Shown here piece after piece: positions 48,917 through 62,293 of a stretch of DNA of 64,000 nt (position 1 is the stretch's first letter; every line of letters begins with the position of its first letter). The stretch spans positions 1,536,001 to 1,600,000 of the forward strand of contig CAWCMR010000025.1 of assembly GCA_963796685.1 (NCBI GenBank), read 5' to 3'. The stretch comes from an uncultured delta proteobacterium (GTDB taxonomy: Bacteria; Myxococcota_A; Polyangia; Fen-1088). The notes under the pieces are model-generated. The model worked only from the letters and a program-made list of their open reading frames with translations. It made no database searches and was not told the DNA's origin. The position numbers and the translations under genes were made by a program.

Positions 48917-50563
48917 CTAGCCCGTCTGACGCCGATTCCGAATCGCGGCCTCGACCCTGGCGAAGTCGGCGGCGGATCCGGGGATGGCGGCCGCGCCGCG
49001 GGCGAGCAGGGCACAGGCCTCGTCGGGCCGACCCGCTTCGGCCAGCACCACGGCAAAGTCGTGGTAGGGCTCATACCAGCCAGGCGCAAGCGCGATGGCG
49101 CGCTCGACGGCGGCGCTGCCTTCCGCGAACCTCCCTTGCCGGGCCAAGGACAAACCAAGGCCGCTGTGGGCAAAGGCGTGATCCGGTTTCAACGCAAGGG
49201 CGCGGCGGTTGTAGCCTTCGGCGCCCACGTAGTCGCGCAGAAAAAAGCACACGAAGCCCAGCAGATCGATGACGGCGAGATCCTCGGGTGCCAGCGCGAG
49301 CGCGCGCAAGAGCAGGCTGTGCGCTTCCTCCAAGCCTCGCCCGCTCGCCAATTCGCGTGCCCTGGCAAGCAACGCGGGGACGTCTGCCGGCTGCTCGGCA
49401 GGGGAGAGTGGAGTGACGGGCTCGACCTTGCCGCCGAAAAACTCCAGCTCGGGCTGGGTTGGCTCTTCGGTGAGCAAATCGAAACGGCCTTGCCGCACGG
49501 CCTGGTAGTAAAAGCAGAAGGGATTGCCCTCGCCGCCGTCACCCTTGTGGCAGTGGACCGTCCACGTGCAGCCGCCGCGACAGAAATCGCGGTAGCGGCA
49601 CACGCGGCAGAATCCCGTCAGCTGGCTCTCATTCCACTTGCGGTTGTAGGCGAAGGCGTCGTCGGATTGCCAAATCTCGGCCAGCGGTTTGTCGCGCAGG
49701 TTGCCTTCGACGAAGCGAGTCTCACCGTGCATGGACGAGGGCAGGGACAGGCAGCCCTTCACGTTGCCGCTCGACTCGATGCCGACCACCTGGCAGCCGG
49801 CGCGGCACCCAATCCAGAAGGGCAGCTCGCCGCCGTCGTCGCGCAGCCCCGGCTCGGGCTTGCCGTAATAGCCGATGTCGTCGGCCGCCACGGCGAAGAA
49901 CGTGCGCGTGTTGAGGCGGCAGATGGCGGCCAGCTCGGGAACCAGCCACACCAGATCCGCTGGGTCCACCACCAAATCGCGGTGCAGCCCCATGTTTCCC
50001 GAGGCCGTCGCCAGCTGCACTTGCATCGAGAAGACGCCCCGCTCGACGAGGAAGTCGCGCAGCGGGCGCAGGACGTGCTGGTTGAGCTTGTTGACCGTCG
50101 TGTTGACGGCGACGGGCAGGCCGCCGGCCACGCAGGCATCGATGGCCGCGAGCACGCGCTCGAACGAGCCGGGCTGGCGGAATTCATCGTGCTCGCGCTC
50201 GAAGCCATCCAGGCTGAAGGCCGCGCCGCACAGGCCGGCCGCCTTGGCCCGCTCGACGTGGGCCTGGGTCCAGTGCCAGCCGTTCGAGATGAGGTTGACC
50301 TTGATGCAATGATCGGCCAGGCGCTTGCCGATGCGATCCCAATCCGGGTTGAGCGTGGGCTCGCCACCACTCAGGGTCACGCGCCGACAGCCGAGCGCCG
50401 CCAGTTGGTCCGCGACGCCGAGGTTCTCCTCCAGGCTCATCTCGTCGTCGCGCCGGCTGCCCGCAAACGACCCGCAGTGCTTGCAGCGCAGGTTGCACGC
50501 AAGCGTCAGCTCCCAGACGCACGCCCGCGGCGTAAAGCCGACCTGCTTGAGGATCTCGAGCAT
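48917..50563 (-). CDS. Radical SAM/SPASM enzyme with a C-terminal TPR domain
   Basis: CNLRCKHC, SGGEP, GCRAG...GNVKGC, CRVCRYRDFCRGGC; TPR tail. Confidence 0.9.
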   Translation of the reverse strand: MLEILKQVGFTPRACVWELTLACNLRCKHCGSFAGSRRDDEMSLEENLGVADQLAALGCRRVTLSGGEPTLNPDWDRIGKRLADHCIKVNLISNGWHWTQAHVERAKAAGLCGAAFSLDGFEREHDEFRQPGSFERVLAAIDACVAGGLPVAVNTTVNKLNQHVLRPLRDFLVERGVFSMQVQLATASGNMGLHRDLVVDPADLVWLVPELAAICRLNTRTFFAVAADDIGYYGKPEPGLRDDGGELPFWIGCRAGCQVVGIESSGNVKGCLSLPSSMHGETRFVEGNLRDKPLAEIWQSDDAFAYNRKWNESQLTGFCRVCRYRDFCRGGCTWTVHCHKGDGGEGNPFCFYYQAVRQGRFDLLTEEPTQPELEFFGGKVEPVTPLSPAEQPADVPALLARARELASGRGLEEAHSLLLRALALAPEDLAVIDLLGFVCFFLRDYVGAEGYNRRALALKPDHAFAHSGLGLSLARQGRFAEGSAAVERAIALAPGWYEPYHDFAVVLAEAGRPDEACALLARGAAAIPGSAADFARVEAAIRNRRQTG

Positions 50564-50847
50564 GCGCCGATTCTAGCCTAGGAACGCGGCACCGGGAGCT
50601 GCGCCAGGTACAGCGTCGAAAAATTCCAAACATTCTCGGGCCTGTCGGCCGCCTTGCCATCGAAACCAATCACGGGTCTAAAGTTTTCCGCGGGCGAGGA
50701 CGATGACTCACAAGCCGGTCGTGGCATACGGCCCGGCGGAATTGGGGATACACGCTTGATTTTCTGGACCAGGGGAGTTGGCAGCATGAACGCACGCGGC
50801 GCCGATGGGTGCGGTGCGAACAGCGCCACGAGCGTGGGGGGGTTGTG

Positions 50848-53052
50848 ATGGACGGTTGCAGGCTCAAGCAGAACGTCGAGGAGCTGGCCGGCGCCATCGT
50901 GGCGGCCGAAGCCGACGACGTCGAATCGGTGGCCTTGGTCAGGCGCTTGCTCGACGAGTGTGAGCAGGCCGCCAAGGCACAGGAGCTCGTCGAGCCGGTC
51001 TCGGAAGCGCTGGGCGATCTTCTGACCTTGGGGCGGGCCCTTGCCGGCCAGCCCAGCGCGGCCGATCTCAAGCACGTGGCCGAGGGCGTGGACGAGGTGC
51101 AGAAACAACTCGCCCGTTGCCACGCAGCGCGGGCAGCATCGTGCAAATTCAACCAGGCGAATCTCAAACAGATCGGCTCGGCTGCCAGCCAGCCCCAACC
51201 CCAGTCCTTCGCCGCCGCCAAGCAGCGCGACGCGGATACCATCGCGCTCATCGGCGAATTTCTTTCCGAGAGCGAGGAAGGCCTGTCGCGCGCCGATCAG
51301 ATCCTGATGACCGTCGAGGGCACCGCGGCCAGCGCCGACTCCATCAACGGTCTGTTCCGCGTGTTCCACACCATCAAAGGCGTGGCCGGCTTCCTGGAGC
51401 TGTTCGACATTCAGTCGCTGGCGCACACCACCGAATCGCTGCTCAACGGCTGCCGCGAGGGACTCTACCCGCTCATCGGCGCGCGCCTGGATCTGGTCTT
51501 CGACGCCACGGCCATGATGCGCAAGATCCTGGGCGAGCTGGCCGCGGCCGTGGAAGCGAGCCGCGAGTTCATGACCGCGGAGGACATCCCCACCTTGGTG
51601 GCGCGCCTGCAGGCCGCGCTCGAACCGACCTTCGAAGGCGGAGCGCACAAGGCCGAAGAGCGGGATGAGATGGAGTCCCTGACGGAAGAGGTTCGTCTGC
51701 CTGGGCCGTCGCCTCCACCCGAGGAGGTTCGCGAAGAGTCCTTTCAGAACGCCGCTGAAGCCACCGCGGCGGCCCCTGCGGCGAACAAGGCGCCGGGCAG
51801 TGAAGGCGGTGGGGATCCGAAGTTACGCGCGACCATCAAAGTCGACTTGGAGCGAGTGGATCGCTTGGTCGAGATGATCGGCGAGCTGGTAGTGGTGGAG
51901 GCCATGGTGGTGGGCGCACCCGAGATCGCACACTCGGCCTCGGCGCGCGTGCGCAATTGCCTGTCTCAGCTCGAGAAGGTCACGCACGACTTGCAGGACG
52001 TGGGCATGCGCATGCGCATGCTGCCCGTCTCCGGCGTGTTCCAGAAGATGGCGCGCATGGCGCGGGACGTGGGACGCAAGGCGGGCAAGCAGGTTCGCGT
52101 GGTGCTGTCGGGCGAGCAGACCGAAATGGATCGCAGCATGGTCGAGCAGATCTCGGATCCCCTCGTACACATGATCCGCAACTCCATCGACCACGGCATC
52201 GAGCCACCGGACTTGCGGCGCAAAGTCGGCAAGCCCGAGGAAGGCAAGGTCCGCCTATCGGCCAGCCACGAGGGCGGCCATGTGGTCATCGAGATCGCCG
52301 ATGATGGGCGCGGGCTCAACCGCGAGGCAATCTTGAAGAAGGCTATTGCCCAGGGCCTGATCAGCGCCACGGACGCCTTGCCCGAGGACGAGATCAATGC
52401 GCTCATCTTCGCGCCGGGCTTTTCGACCGCCGAAAAGGTGACCGACATCTCGGGCCGTGGCGTGGGCATGGACGTGGTTCGGCGGAACATCGATGCCATG
52501 CGAGGGCGGGTAACCATCAAGTCCGTTCCCGGCCAAGGCACGACCTTCAAGATCACCTTGCCACTGACCCTGGCCATCATCGACGGCATGCTCGTGGCGT
52601 GCGGGAAAGAGCGCTACATCATCCCCACGCTCTCGATCATCGAGTCGATTCAACCCGAGGCCTCGATGCTGGTGACCCAAGGGGCGAGCAACGAGATGCT
52701 CAACATGCGGGGCAACATCCTGCCGCTTTTGCGCATGGATCGCCTGCTCGGTGCCAGCGGCGCGATTCAGGATCCGAGCAAGGGGCTGGTGGTCATCATC
52801 GAAGGCTCGGGCCGCCGCGTGGGATTGCTGGTCGACGAGGTGATCGCGCAGCAGCAGGTGGTGATCAAGAGCATGGGCGAGGGCGTGGGTGACGTCCCCT
52901 TCGTGTCGGGCGCGGCGATTCTTTCCGACGGACGCGTGGGACTCATCGTCAACGTGGAAGGGATCGTTTCATTGATTGTGGAAAAGAGGCACCGGGGCAT
53001 TGCCGGCGAGGGATCGCCTGCGTCCGCCAGTGCCGCGAGCGGAGCGAGATGA
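50848..53052 (+). CDS. cheA: Chemotaxis histidine kinase
   Basis: FRVFHTIKG (Hpt), HMIRNSIDHG, DDGRG, SGRGVGMDVV, CheW domain. Confidence 0.95.
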   Translation: MDGCRLKQNVEELAGAIVAAEADDVESVALVRRLLDECEQAAKAQELVEPVSEALGDLLTLGRALAGQPSAADLKHVAEGVDEVQKQLARCHAARAASCKFNQANLKQIGSAASQPQPQSFAAAKQRDADTIALIGEFLSESEEGLSRADQILMTVEGTAASADSINGLFRVFHTIKGVAGFLELFDIQSLAHTTESLLNGCREGLYPLIGARLDLVFDATAMMRKILGELAAAVEASREFMTAEDIPTLVARLQAALEPTFEGGAHKAEERDEMESLTEEVRLPGPSPPPEEVREESFQNAAEATAAAPAANKAPGSEGGGDPKLRATIKVDLERVDRLVEMIGELVVVEAMVVGAPEIAHSASARVRNCLSQLEKVTHDLQDVGMRMRMLPVSGVFQKMARMARDVGRKAGKQVRVVLSGEQTEMDRSMVEQISDPLVHMIRNSIDHGIEPPDLRRKVGKPEEGKVRLSASHEGGHVVIEIADDGRGLNREAILKKAIAQGLISATDALPEDEINALIFAPGFSTAEKVTDISGRGVGMDVVRRNIDAMRGRVTIKSVPGQGTTFKITLPLTLAIIDGMLVACGKERYIIPTLSIIESIQPEASMLVTQGASNEMLNMRGNILPLLRMDRLLGASGAIQDPSKGLVVIIEGSGRRVGLLVDEVIAQQQVVIKSMGEGVGDVPFVSGAAILSDGRVGLIVNVEGIVSLIVEKRHRGIAGEGSPASASAASGAR

Positions 53053-53073
53053 GACCGAGAAGGAGGCACGAGC

Positions 53074-53616
53074 GTGAATAGCCAAAGCGAAAACCAAGAA
53101 CGAACGTTGATCGAGGGAGCGGTGGCGGTGGGCGAGCAACTTGCCGGCAAGTACATGACCTTCAAGCTGGCCAACGAGGAATATGGCCTGGAGATCTTGA
53201 AGGTCCGGGAAATCATCGGGCTCATGGACATCACCCGCGTCCCTTGCACGCAGGAGTTCATGAGCGGGGTCATCAACCTGCGTGGCAAGGTGATCCCGGT
53301 CATCGACCTGCGCCTCAAGTTCGGCATGGAGCGCTGCCAGGTCACGGATCAGACCGTGATCATCGTGGTGCAATACAGCCTGCACGGCCGCAACATGACC
53401 ATGGGGCTACTGGTCGACCAGGTGCTGGAAGTGCTGTCCATCGAGGCCGCGGCCATCGAGCCGCCGCCGGAGTTCGGCAGCAGCACCCTGCGCAGCGACT
53501 TCATCCTGGGCATCGGCAAGGCCGAAAAGCGGGTGATCTTCCTGCTCGACATCGGACGCATTTTGAACGCCGAGGAAGCGGGCGCCGTGGCCGAGGCCAC
53601 GAAGGCGAGCTACTAG
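53074..53616 (+). CDS. cheW: CheW
   Basis: GVINLRGKVIPVIDLR, GLLVD. Confidence 0.95.
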   Translation: MNSQSENQERTLIEGAVAVGEQLAGKYMTFKLANEEYGLEILKVREIIGLMDITRVPCTQEFMSGVINLRGKVIPVIDLRLKFGMERCQVTDQTVIIVVQYSLHGRNMTMGLLVDQVLEVLSIEAAAIEPPPEFGSSTLRSDFILGIGKAEKRVIFLLDIGRILNAEEAGAVAEATKASY

Positions 53617-53655
53617 GTTTGGGCTATCGAGGACTTTGGAAAGGAAAGAAGGACC

Positions 53656-56600
53656 ATGTTCAAGAATATGAAAATGACAAGTTTGGTGGCGTTGGCGTTG
53701 TCGGCCATGGTGGCGTTGATTGTGGTGTTGGGGGTCTCGGCGTCGCGCTCCATGAGAGCGGCCGACGACTCGGACACGATCATGTATGAACAGAATGCGG
53801 TGGGGTTGAAGGAAGTGGGCAACGCACAGGCCAACTTCTATCGAGCCTGGACATTTGTTTCCGAGGGTCTCGCCTTGACCGATCCCAAGGAACAGCAGGC
53901 GAGCTTCGAGACTTCCGAGAAGATTCTCGGTGATTCGGAGGTTGCCTTCGGGCGGTTGGACAAGTCTATGAAGGTGGAAGCAGTTCGCGCGGTCCTGGCC
54001 GAGGTCAAACCTTTCTTTGACAAGGGTGCGAGCGAGCTCAAGCAAATCATTGCCGACGGGCGCCGTGGACAAGTGAAGGCCATCCTCACGGAGCTGAATG
54101 AGGGTCAGGTACGGAAAGACCGCAAGGAAGTGGTGGCGTCTTTGGACAAATTGGCCAAAGTGCTTGATGAGAGGGCCAGCAAGCGGTCGGATGACAATTC
54201 CGCCGATGCGAACGCGAACATCCGCCTGAACTGGATCATGCTGGTGGGCGCGGTGTTGCTCGCCGCCATGATGGGGTTCCTGCTCTACCGCCGCATGAGC
54301 GCGCTATTCCGTCAGCTCAGCGGCGAAACCGAACGGTTGGCCACGGCATCCGTGGAAGGCAAGCTGCAAACGCGGGCCGATTCCGCGGACGCCTATTTGG
54401 AGTGCAAGCCCGTCATGGAAGGTTTCAATCGTGTCCTGGACGCGGTCATCGCCCCGCTCAACGTGACGGCGAAGTACGTGGACAGCATCTCGAAGGGCGA
54501 GATCCCCGAGAAGATCACCGACACGTACAACGGTGATTTCAATACCATCAAGACCAATCTCAATGCCTGCATCGACCAGCTCAACACCCTCATTCGCGAG
54601 ATGAATCGCATGAGCTCCGAGCACGACAAGGGGGACATCGACGTCACCATCCCGACGGACAAGTTCCATGGTGCGTACCAGACCATGGCCACGGGCGTGA
54701 ACACCATGGTGATGGGTCACATCGCGGTCAAAAAGAAGGCGATGGCTTGCCTCGCCGAGTTTGGCAAGGGCAACTTCGAAGCCACCCTGGAGAAGTTCCC
54801 AGGCAAGAAGGCCTTCATCAACGACACCATCGAGCAGGTGCGGGTCAACTTGAAGGCGCTTATCACAGACGCCAACATGCTGTCTCGGGCATCGGTGGAA
54901 GGCAAGCTGGCCACGCGCGCCGATGCCTCCAAGCACCAGGGCGACTTCCGCAAGATCATCCAAGGTGTGAACGACTCACTTGATGCGATCATTGGGCCGC
55001 TCAACGTGTCGGCCAAGTACGTGGACCAAATCTCGAAGGGCGACATCCCGGCGAAGATTACGGACACCTACAATGGCGACTTCAACCTCATCAAGAACAA
55101 CCTCAACCAGTGCATCGATGCGGTGAATACGCTGGTTGCGGATGCGGCGATGTTGTCCAAGGCGGCCGTGGAAGGCAAGTTGGCCACGCGAGCCGACGCC
55201 TCGAAGCACTATGGCGACTACCGCAAGATCGTCCAGGGCGTGAACGACACGCTGGACGCGGTCATCGGGCCGCTCAATGTGTCGGCAAAGTACGTCGACC
55301 AGATCTCGAAGGGCAATATCCCGGCGAAGATCACCGATACGTACAACGGCGACTTCAACCTCATCAAGAACAACCTCAACCAGTGCATCGATGCGGTGAA
55401 TACGCTGGTCGCGGATGCGGCCATGCTGGCCAAGGCAGCCGTGGATGGGAAGCTGGCCACGCGGGCCGATGCTTCCAAGCACAATGGCGATTACCGCAAG
55501 GTCGTGCAGGGCGTGAACGACACCTTGGACGCGGTCATCGGACCGCTCAACGTGACGGCGAAGTACGTGGACCAGATCTCGAAGGGTGAGATCCCGCCCA
55601 AGATTACCGACAACTACAGTGGAGATTTCAACGTCATCAAGAGCAACCTCAACCAGTGCATCGAGGCGGTGAACCTGATGGTTTCCGACGCGGTCATGCT
55701 GGTCAAAGCCTCGGTCGAGGGCAAGCTGTCGACGCGGGCCGATGCTTCGAAGCACCAGGGCGACTACCGCAAGATCGTGCAAGGCGTGAACGACATGCTC
55801 GATGCCGTGCTCGAACCCATCAACGAAGCGGCCCAGATCCTGGAGAAGCTGTCGCAGCGCGATCTTCGCGCTCGGGTGAAGGGCAACTACCAGGGCGACC
55901 ACGCCAAGATCAAGGAATCGCTCAATGCCACGGGCGAAGCCCTGCACGACGCCATGTTGCGGGTCGCGGTGGCCGTGGATCAGGTGTCCTCGGCGTCCGG
56001 GCAGATCGCCTCGTCCAGCCAGAGCGTGGCCGACGGTGCCTCGCAACAGGCCAGTGCCCTCGAAGAAACCTCGTCCAGCCTGGAATCCATGAGCGCCATG
56101 ACCAAGCGGTCGGCCGACAACGCGCAGCAGGCCAACGGCCTGGCCCAGACGGCCAAGGGCGCGGCCACCGAGGGCGCGTCGGCGATGGAGCAAATGGGAA
56201 CGGCCATGACCAAGATCAGGGCGTCCGCCGAAGGGACGTCGCAGATCATCAAGGACATCAACGAAATCGCGTTCCAGACCAACTTGCTCGCCTTGAACGC
56301 CGCGGTCGAGGCGGCGCGCGCTGGCGAGGCGGGCCGCGGGTTCGCCGTGGTCGCGGAAGAGGTGCGCAGCCTGGCCTTGCGCTCCAAGGAAGCGGCCATG
56401 AAGACCGAGGTGCTGATCAAGGAATCCGTGCGCCAAGCCGAGGAGGGCGAGGTCACGGCCAAGGGTGTGTCGTCGAAGCTGGGCGAGATCGTCACAGGCG
56501 TCACCAAGGTCACCGACATCGTGGCCGAGATCTCGGCCTCGGCGAAGGAACAATCGGGCGGTATCGACCAGGTCAACCGCGCGGTCACTGAAATGAACAA

Positions 56601-56895
56601 GGTCACGCAACAGAACGCGGCGAACTCCGAGGAGTCGTCCTCGGCCGCCGCCGAGCTGTCGAGCCAATCCGAAGAGCTGGCCGCCATGATCGGCGCCTTC
56701 CAGCTCGCCCGCCAGACCAGCAGCGCCGGCAGTCACCTGTCCGCCAAGGTGGACAAGCGGTTGCCGCCGGTGTCGCGCGGTCAGCAACACGCGACGGGCA
56801 AGAACGGCAAGAACGGCGGCAATGGCAAGTCGTCGCTCAGGCCCGAGGACGTCATTCCGCTCGAAGAAGAAGCCGCCGCCTTCAAGGATTTCTAA
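53656..56895 (+). CDS. Methyl-accepting chemotaxis protein with a poly-HAMP region
   Basis: 2 TM helices; 273-bp (91-aa) repeats at 54964, 55237, 55510; [31 protein letters not shown]. Confidence 0.95.
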   Translation: MFKNMKMTSLVALALSAMVALIVVLGVSASRSMRAADDSDTIMYEQNAVGLKEVGNAQANFYRAWTFVSEGLALTDPKEQQASFETSEKILGDSEVAFGRLDKSMKVEAVRAVLAEVKPFFDKGASELKQIIADGRRGQVKAILTELNEGQVRKDRKEVVASLDKLAKVLDERASKRSDDNSADANANIRLNWIMLVGAVLLAAMMGFLLYRRMSALFRQLSGETERLATASVEGKLQTRADSADAYLECKPVMEGFNRVLDAVIAPLNVTAKYVDSISKGEIPEKITDTYNGDFNTIKTNLNACIDQLNTLIREMNRMSSEHDKGDIDVTIPTDKFHGAYQTMATGVNTMVMGHIAVKKKAMACLAEFGKGNFEATLEKFPGKKAFINDTIEQVRVNLKALITDANMLSRASVEGKLATRADASKHQGDFRKIIQGVNDSLDAIIGPLNVSAKYVDQISKGDIPAKITDTYNGDFNLIKNNLNQCIDAVNTLVADAAMLSKAAVEGKLATRADASKHYGDYRKIVQGVNDTLDAVIGPLNVSAKYVDQISKGNIPAKITDTYNGDFNLIKNNLNQCIDAVNTLVADAAMLAKAAVDGKLATRADASKHNGDYRKVVQGVNDTLDAVIGPLNVTAKYVDQISKGEIPPKITDNYSGDFNVIKSNLNQCIEAVNLMVSDAVMLVKASVEGKLSTRADASKHQGDYRKIVQGVNDMLDAVLEPINEAAQILEKLSQRDLRARVKGNYQGDHAKIKESLNATGEALHDAMLRVAVAVDQVSSASGQIASSSQSVADGASQQASALEETSSSLESMSAMTKRSADNAQQANGLAQTAKGAATEGASAMEQMGTAMTKIRASAEGTSQIIKDINEIAFQTNLLALNAAVEAARAGEAGRGFAVVAEEVRSLALRSKEAAMKTEVLIKESVRQAEEGEVTAKGVSSKLGEIVTGVTKVTDIVAEISASAKEQSGGIDQVNRAVTEMNKVTQQNAANSEESSSAAAELSSQSEELAAMIGAFQLARQTSSAGSHLSAKVDKRLPPVSRGQQHATGKNGKNGGNGKSSLRPEDVIPLEEEAAAFKDF

Positions 56896-56908
56896 CCTTC
56901 TCGTCGCT

Positions 56909-56973
56909 GGGCGGGTTTGAAACCCGCCCCTACGTCCCTGGCCTATGGGGCGGGTTTGAAACCCGCCCCTACG
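56909..56973. repeat. Two direct copies of a GTAG-type REP
   Basis: GGGCGGGTTTGAAACCCGCCCCTACG twice. Confidence 0.8.
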
Positions 56974-57023
56974 AAGCCCGCCGTAATCATGTCGTATTCA
57001 AACCGTTCGGTGCTCTAGCTTCG

Positions 57024-57845
57024 ATGGAAACCTCGATCTTCCGCCGCTTCTGCTCCATCGCCTATGAAAAGGCGGGCATCACCCTGGGCGACAGCAAGGA
57101 GGCGCTGGTCGAGGCGCGGGTGGGAAAGCGCATGCGCGCGCTGGGCTTGGCCAGCGAGAAGGAGTACCTGATCCTTCTCGAAAAAGATCCCGGCGGCGAG
57201 GAGATCGTTCAGTTCCTCGACGTCATTTCCACCAACCACACGTCGTTCTTTCGCGAGCCCGACCATTTCGAATTTCTGCGCTCGGTTCTCGCCGACTGGC
57301 GGCGGGAGGGAATGCGCAAGCTGCGGGTTTGGTCCGCGGCCTCCTCGACCGGCGAAGAGCCCTTCACCATCGCCTTCACCATCGCCGATGCCCTGGAAGG
57401 CGCCGACCTCGACTGGCGCATTCTGGCCACCGACATCTCCACCAAGGTCTTGGCCAAGGCCGAGGCCGGGATCTTCGTCGACAGCAAGCTGACGGGACTG
57501 GCGCGCGGGGAAATGAACCGCTTCTTCGAACGCGGACCAGGCAAGGACGAGCACACGGTGCGGCCGGCGATGCGGACCAAGATCGCCTTTCGGCGTCTCA
57601 ACCTCATCACGCCGCCGTATCCCATGCGCGGCCCCTTCGACATCATCTTCTGCCGCAACGTCATGATCTACTTCGACCAGGCGGTGCGACAGAAGGTGAT
57701 CTCGGGTATGGAGCACTTGTTGCGGCCGGGCGGCTATTTGCTCATCGGTCATGCCGAGGCGCTCTCCGGTGTCCGCACCGGGCTGCGCATGATCCGGCCG
57801 TCGATCTTCCTGCAATCCGACGCGGCGCTGGAGGTTGCCTTGTGA
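57024..57845 (+). CDS. cheR: CheR methyltransferase
   Basis: TNHTSFFRE, WSAASSTGEEP, IFCRNVMIYF. Confidence 0.95.
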   Translation: METSIFRRFCSIAYEKAGITLGDSKEALVEARVGKRMRALGLASEKEYLILLEKDPGGEEIVQFLDVISTNHTSFFREPDHFEFLRSVLADWRREGMRKLRVWSAASSTGEEPFTIAFTIADALEGADLDWRILATDISTKVLAKAEAGIFVDSKLTGLARGEMNRFFERGPGKDEHTVRPAMRTKIAFRRLNLITPPYPMRGPFDIIFCRNVMIYFDQAVRQKVISGMEHLLRPGGYLLIGHAEALSGVRTGLRMIRPSIFLQSDAALEVAL

Positions 57846-58321
57846 GTCTGGTGACGGTGGACATCGCCGATCTCAAGGTCAGCGCCGATCCTGACGCTGT
57901 TCTGGTTACCTATGCCTTGGGCTCGTGCATCGCCGTGATCGTCTACGATCCCGTGCGCAAGGCGGGAGGCATGATCCATTACATGCTGCCGATGAGCGAG
58001 ACGTCGCCAGAAAAGGCAAGAGAGCGACCAGCCATGTTCGCGGACACCGGGATTCCACTGTTGTTTCACTCCATGTACGAAATGGGCTGCAAGAAGACCG
58101 ACCTCGTGGTCAAGGCCGCCGGGGGCGGCGCGCTCTACGACGACCACGGGCATTTCGCCATCGGTCAGCGCAACTACACCATTCTACGCAAGATGTTTTG
58201 GAAGGCAGGGGTCATGATTGCCGCCGAGGACGTGGGCGGGGCCAAATCGCGTACGGCGCGGCTCTTCGTCGCCACCGGCCGTTGCACCATCAATTCCGTC
58301 GGCGAGGAGACAGAGCTGTGA
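57842..58321 (+). CDS. cheD: CheD deamidase
   Basis: TYALGSCIAV, GGMIHYMLP, AEDVGG. Confidence 0.93.
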   Translation: MSLVTVDIADLKVSADPDAVLVTYALGSCIAVIVYDPVRKAGGMIHYMLPMSETSPEKARERPAMFADTGIPLLFHSMYEMGCKKTDLVVKAAGGGALYDDHGHFAIGQRNYTILRKMFWKAGVMIAAEDVGGAKSRTARLFVATGRCTINSVGEETEL

Positions 58322-59190
58322 TTGAACGCATCGAAATACTGGCTGGAATTCAGAAACTGCCCGCCTTCTCACCGACGGTGGTGCGCTTGTCGTCGCTGGT
58401 CAGCGATCCCGAATCCGGACCGGGCGAGTTCGAGGCCGTGGTTCAACCCGACATGGCGCTGACCGCCAACCTTCTGCGCATGGCCAACTCTGCCTATTTC
58501 GGCCTGTCGCGGCGAATCGGCAGCGCGCGCGAGGCCATCACCCTGCTCGGTGTTCGTCGGGTCTTCGAGCTCGGCGCCATGGCCGCGGTGGACGCCGTCG
58601 TGCCCGACACCCTGCCCGGCTACGGCATCGATGCCAGCGTGTTCTGGTGCCATGCCGTGGCCGTGGCCGTCATCGCCGAACGCCTGGCCAAGGAGCGCAA
58701 GCTGGCCACGCCAACGCTGACCTTCACGGCTGGCCTGCTGCACGACGTGGGTAAGCTGGTGATCAGCAGCTTCCTCGCCGAGCACATCGAGGCTTTGCGA
58801 TCCGAGCTGGCGGCGGGTGGCATGTCGCTGGTCGCGTGCGAGCAGAGGTTGCTGGGAGCCGACCATGCCCAGATCGGCGCCGAGCTTGGCTTGGCGTGGA
58901 ATCTGCCCGAGGAGGTCGTGAAGGTCGTCGCGTCCCACCACGCGCCCGATGGGGTGAACCAGGGGCACGGGGATGTTCTGGTCGATCTCGTGCACGCGGC
59001 CGATTGTCTGTCCCATTCCATGGGCTTTGGCGCCGACGTGGGCGAGATGCACCGGCAGGTCGACGACGCGGCCATCGCGCGGCTCGGCCTGCGCCACATC
59101 GATCTGGAGCACGTCGCCAGCCGGGCCTTGCCCGAAATCGAGGGCTTGTCGCAGTTCGGACGTTCGCGAAGGAAAGGCACGGACGCATGA
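58318..59190 (+). CDS. HDOD domain protein
   Basis: LLRMANSAYFG, AGLLHDVGK, WNLP. Confidence 0.9.
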   Translation: MIERIEILAGIQKLPAFSPTVVRLSSLVSDPESGPGEFEAVVQPDMALTANLLRMANSAYFGLSRRIGSAREAITLLGVRRVFELGAMAAVDAVVPDTLPGYGIDASVFWCHAVAVAVIAERLAKERKLATPTLTFTAGLLHDVGKLVISSFLAEHIEALRSELAAGGMSLVACEQRLLGADHAQIGAELGLAWNLPEEVVKVVASHHAPDGVNQGHGDVLVDLVHAADCLSHSMGFGADVGEMHRQVDDAAIARLGLRHIDLEHVASRALPEIEGLSQFGRSRRKGTDA

Positions 59191-59577
59191 GCTATCGCAT
59201 TTTGGTGGTGGACGACTCGCCGGTCTCCCGTCGCATGGTGTGCAGGGCCATCACCATGTCGGGTCTCGACGTGGGCGAGATCCTCGAGGCGAGCAACGGC
59301 CAGGAGGCGCTCGATCTCCTCGCCACATCGTGGGTGGACATCGTGCTGGCGGACATCAACATGCCGGTCATGAACGGGGCCGAGATGGTGAAGGAAATGG
59401 CCAAGCGCGATTTCATGCAGGTCACGCCCGTCATCATCATCTCGTCCGAGAAGAGCGAGAAGCGCATGGAGGAGATGCTCGGGCTTGGCGTGCACACCTA
59501 CCTCGGCAAACCGTTCCGGCCCGAACAGATCAAGCAAGTGGTGGGCGATATCTTGCGCGAACGCCAGGAGGCGGGTC

Positions 59578-59594
<17 letters not shown>
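59187..59594 (+). CDS. cheY: CheY-like response regulator
   Basis: ILVVDDS, DINMPVMNG, KPF. Confidence 0.9.
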
Positions 59595-61301
<1,707 letters not shown>

Positions 61302-61504
61302 CCTCCGACGGAGGCGGATCATCACATCGGCAGATTGGCTGTTGTGAGCTGCTGGCCTGGTCGCCTCTTCGATTCAGTAGCCGGGCCGAGCTCGTCTGAG
61401 AAACCATGCGAGGGTGTTGCCCTCCGTTTGCGGCGGGACGCAGGACCTCCTGTGGCTTTGCCGCTGTTGGGCCACACGCTCGCCCGATTGCCAGGATACC
61501 AAGC

Positions 61505-62263
61505 ATGGCACTGCAGCGGAGACATAAGACTGGTCGCGAGTTGGCTTACGACGTGGCGATGGCCACCATGAAACCCCTGGCGCATTGGGTGGCGATGACA
61601 TCGCGAGTTCCCACCACGCCCTTCTTGCGCGCCGAGGATTTTCCTTGGATCGAAAGGTTGGAGGCCCATTGGCAGGACATTCGCGCCGAGCTGGACGCCG
61701 TTCTCACGTTTCGTAACGACCTACCCGCGTTTCACGAAATCAACGGCGATGCCACCGATATCAGTAACGAGCACTGGAAGAGTTTCTTCTTCTACGGCTT
61801 TCGCCACCGCTCGGACGTCAATTGCGCCCGCTGTCCGCGGACGACCGCCCTGATCGAAGAGATCCCCGGCATGACCACTGCGCTTTTTTCCATCCTGGAG
61901 CCCGGAGCGCGTCTGCCGCCCCACTTAGGACCTTGGAAGGGGGTGATTCGATACCACCTCGGCCTGAGGGTGCCGACGGCGACCGAGAAGTGCGGACTAC
62001 AGGTCGATGGTCGGATCGCGCACTGGCAGGAGGGCAAGAGCATCGTCTTCGACGATACCTATCTGCACTCGGTGTGGAACGACACGGACCAGACCCGCGT
62101 GGTCCTGTTTCTCGACATCGTTCGGCCCTGTCGCCCGCCTGGCTCGTGGATCAACCAGGCGGTCCTCAAGGCGGCGGCATGGACGCCCTTCATCCGCAGT
62201 TCCGTACGTCGGCAGCGCGAATGGGAACGGCGCTTCGTCGAAAAGCACGGCGTGCCGGCTTGA
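61505..62263 (+). CDS. Aspartyl/asparaginyl beta-hydroxylase family (LpxO-like)
   Basis: FSILEPG...PPH, RYHLGL, FDDTYLHSVWN, RVVLFLD. Confidence 0.88.
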   Translation: MALQRRHKTGRELAYDVAMATMKPLAHWVAMTSRVPTTPFLRAEDFPWIERLEAHWQDIRAELDAVLTFRNDLPAFHEINGDATDISNEHWKSFFFYGFRHRSDVNCARCPRTTALIEEIPGMTTALFSILEPGARLPPHLGPWKGVIRYHLGLRVPTATEKCGLQVDGRIAHWQEGKSIVFDDTYLHSVWNDTDQTRVVLFLDIVRPCRPPGSWINQAVLKAAAWTPFIRSSVRRQREWERRFVEKHGVPA

Positions 62264-62293
62264 TAGGACGGTTCCGCCCATCGCTCCTCGACC

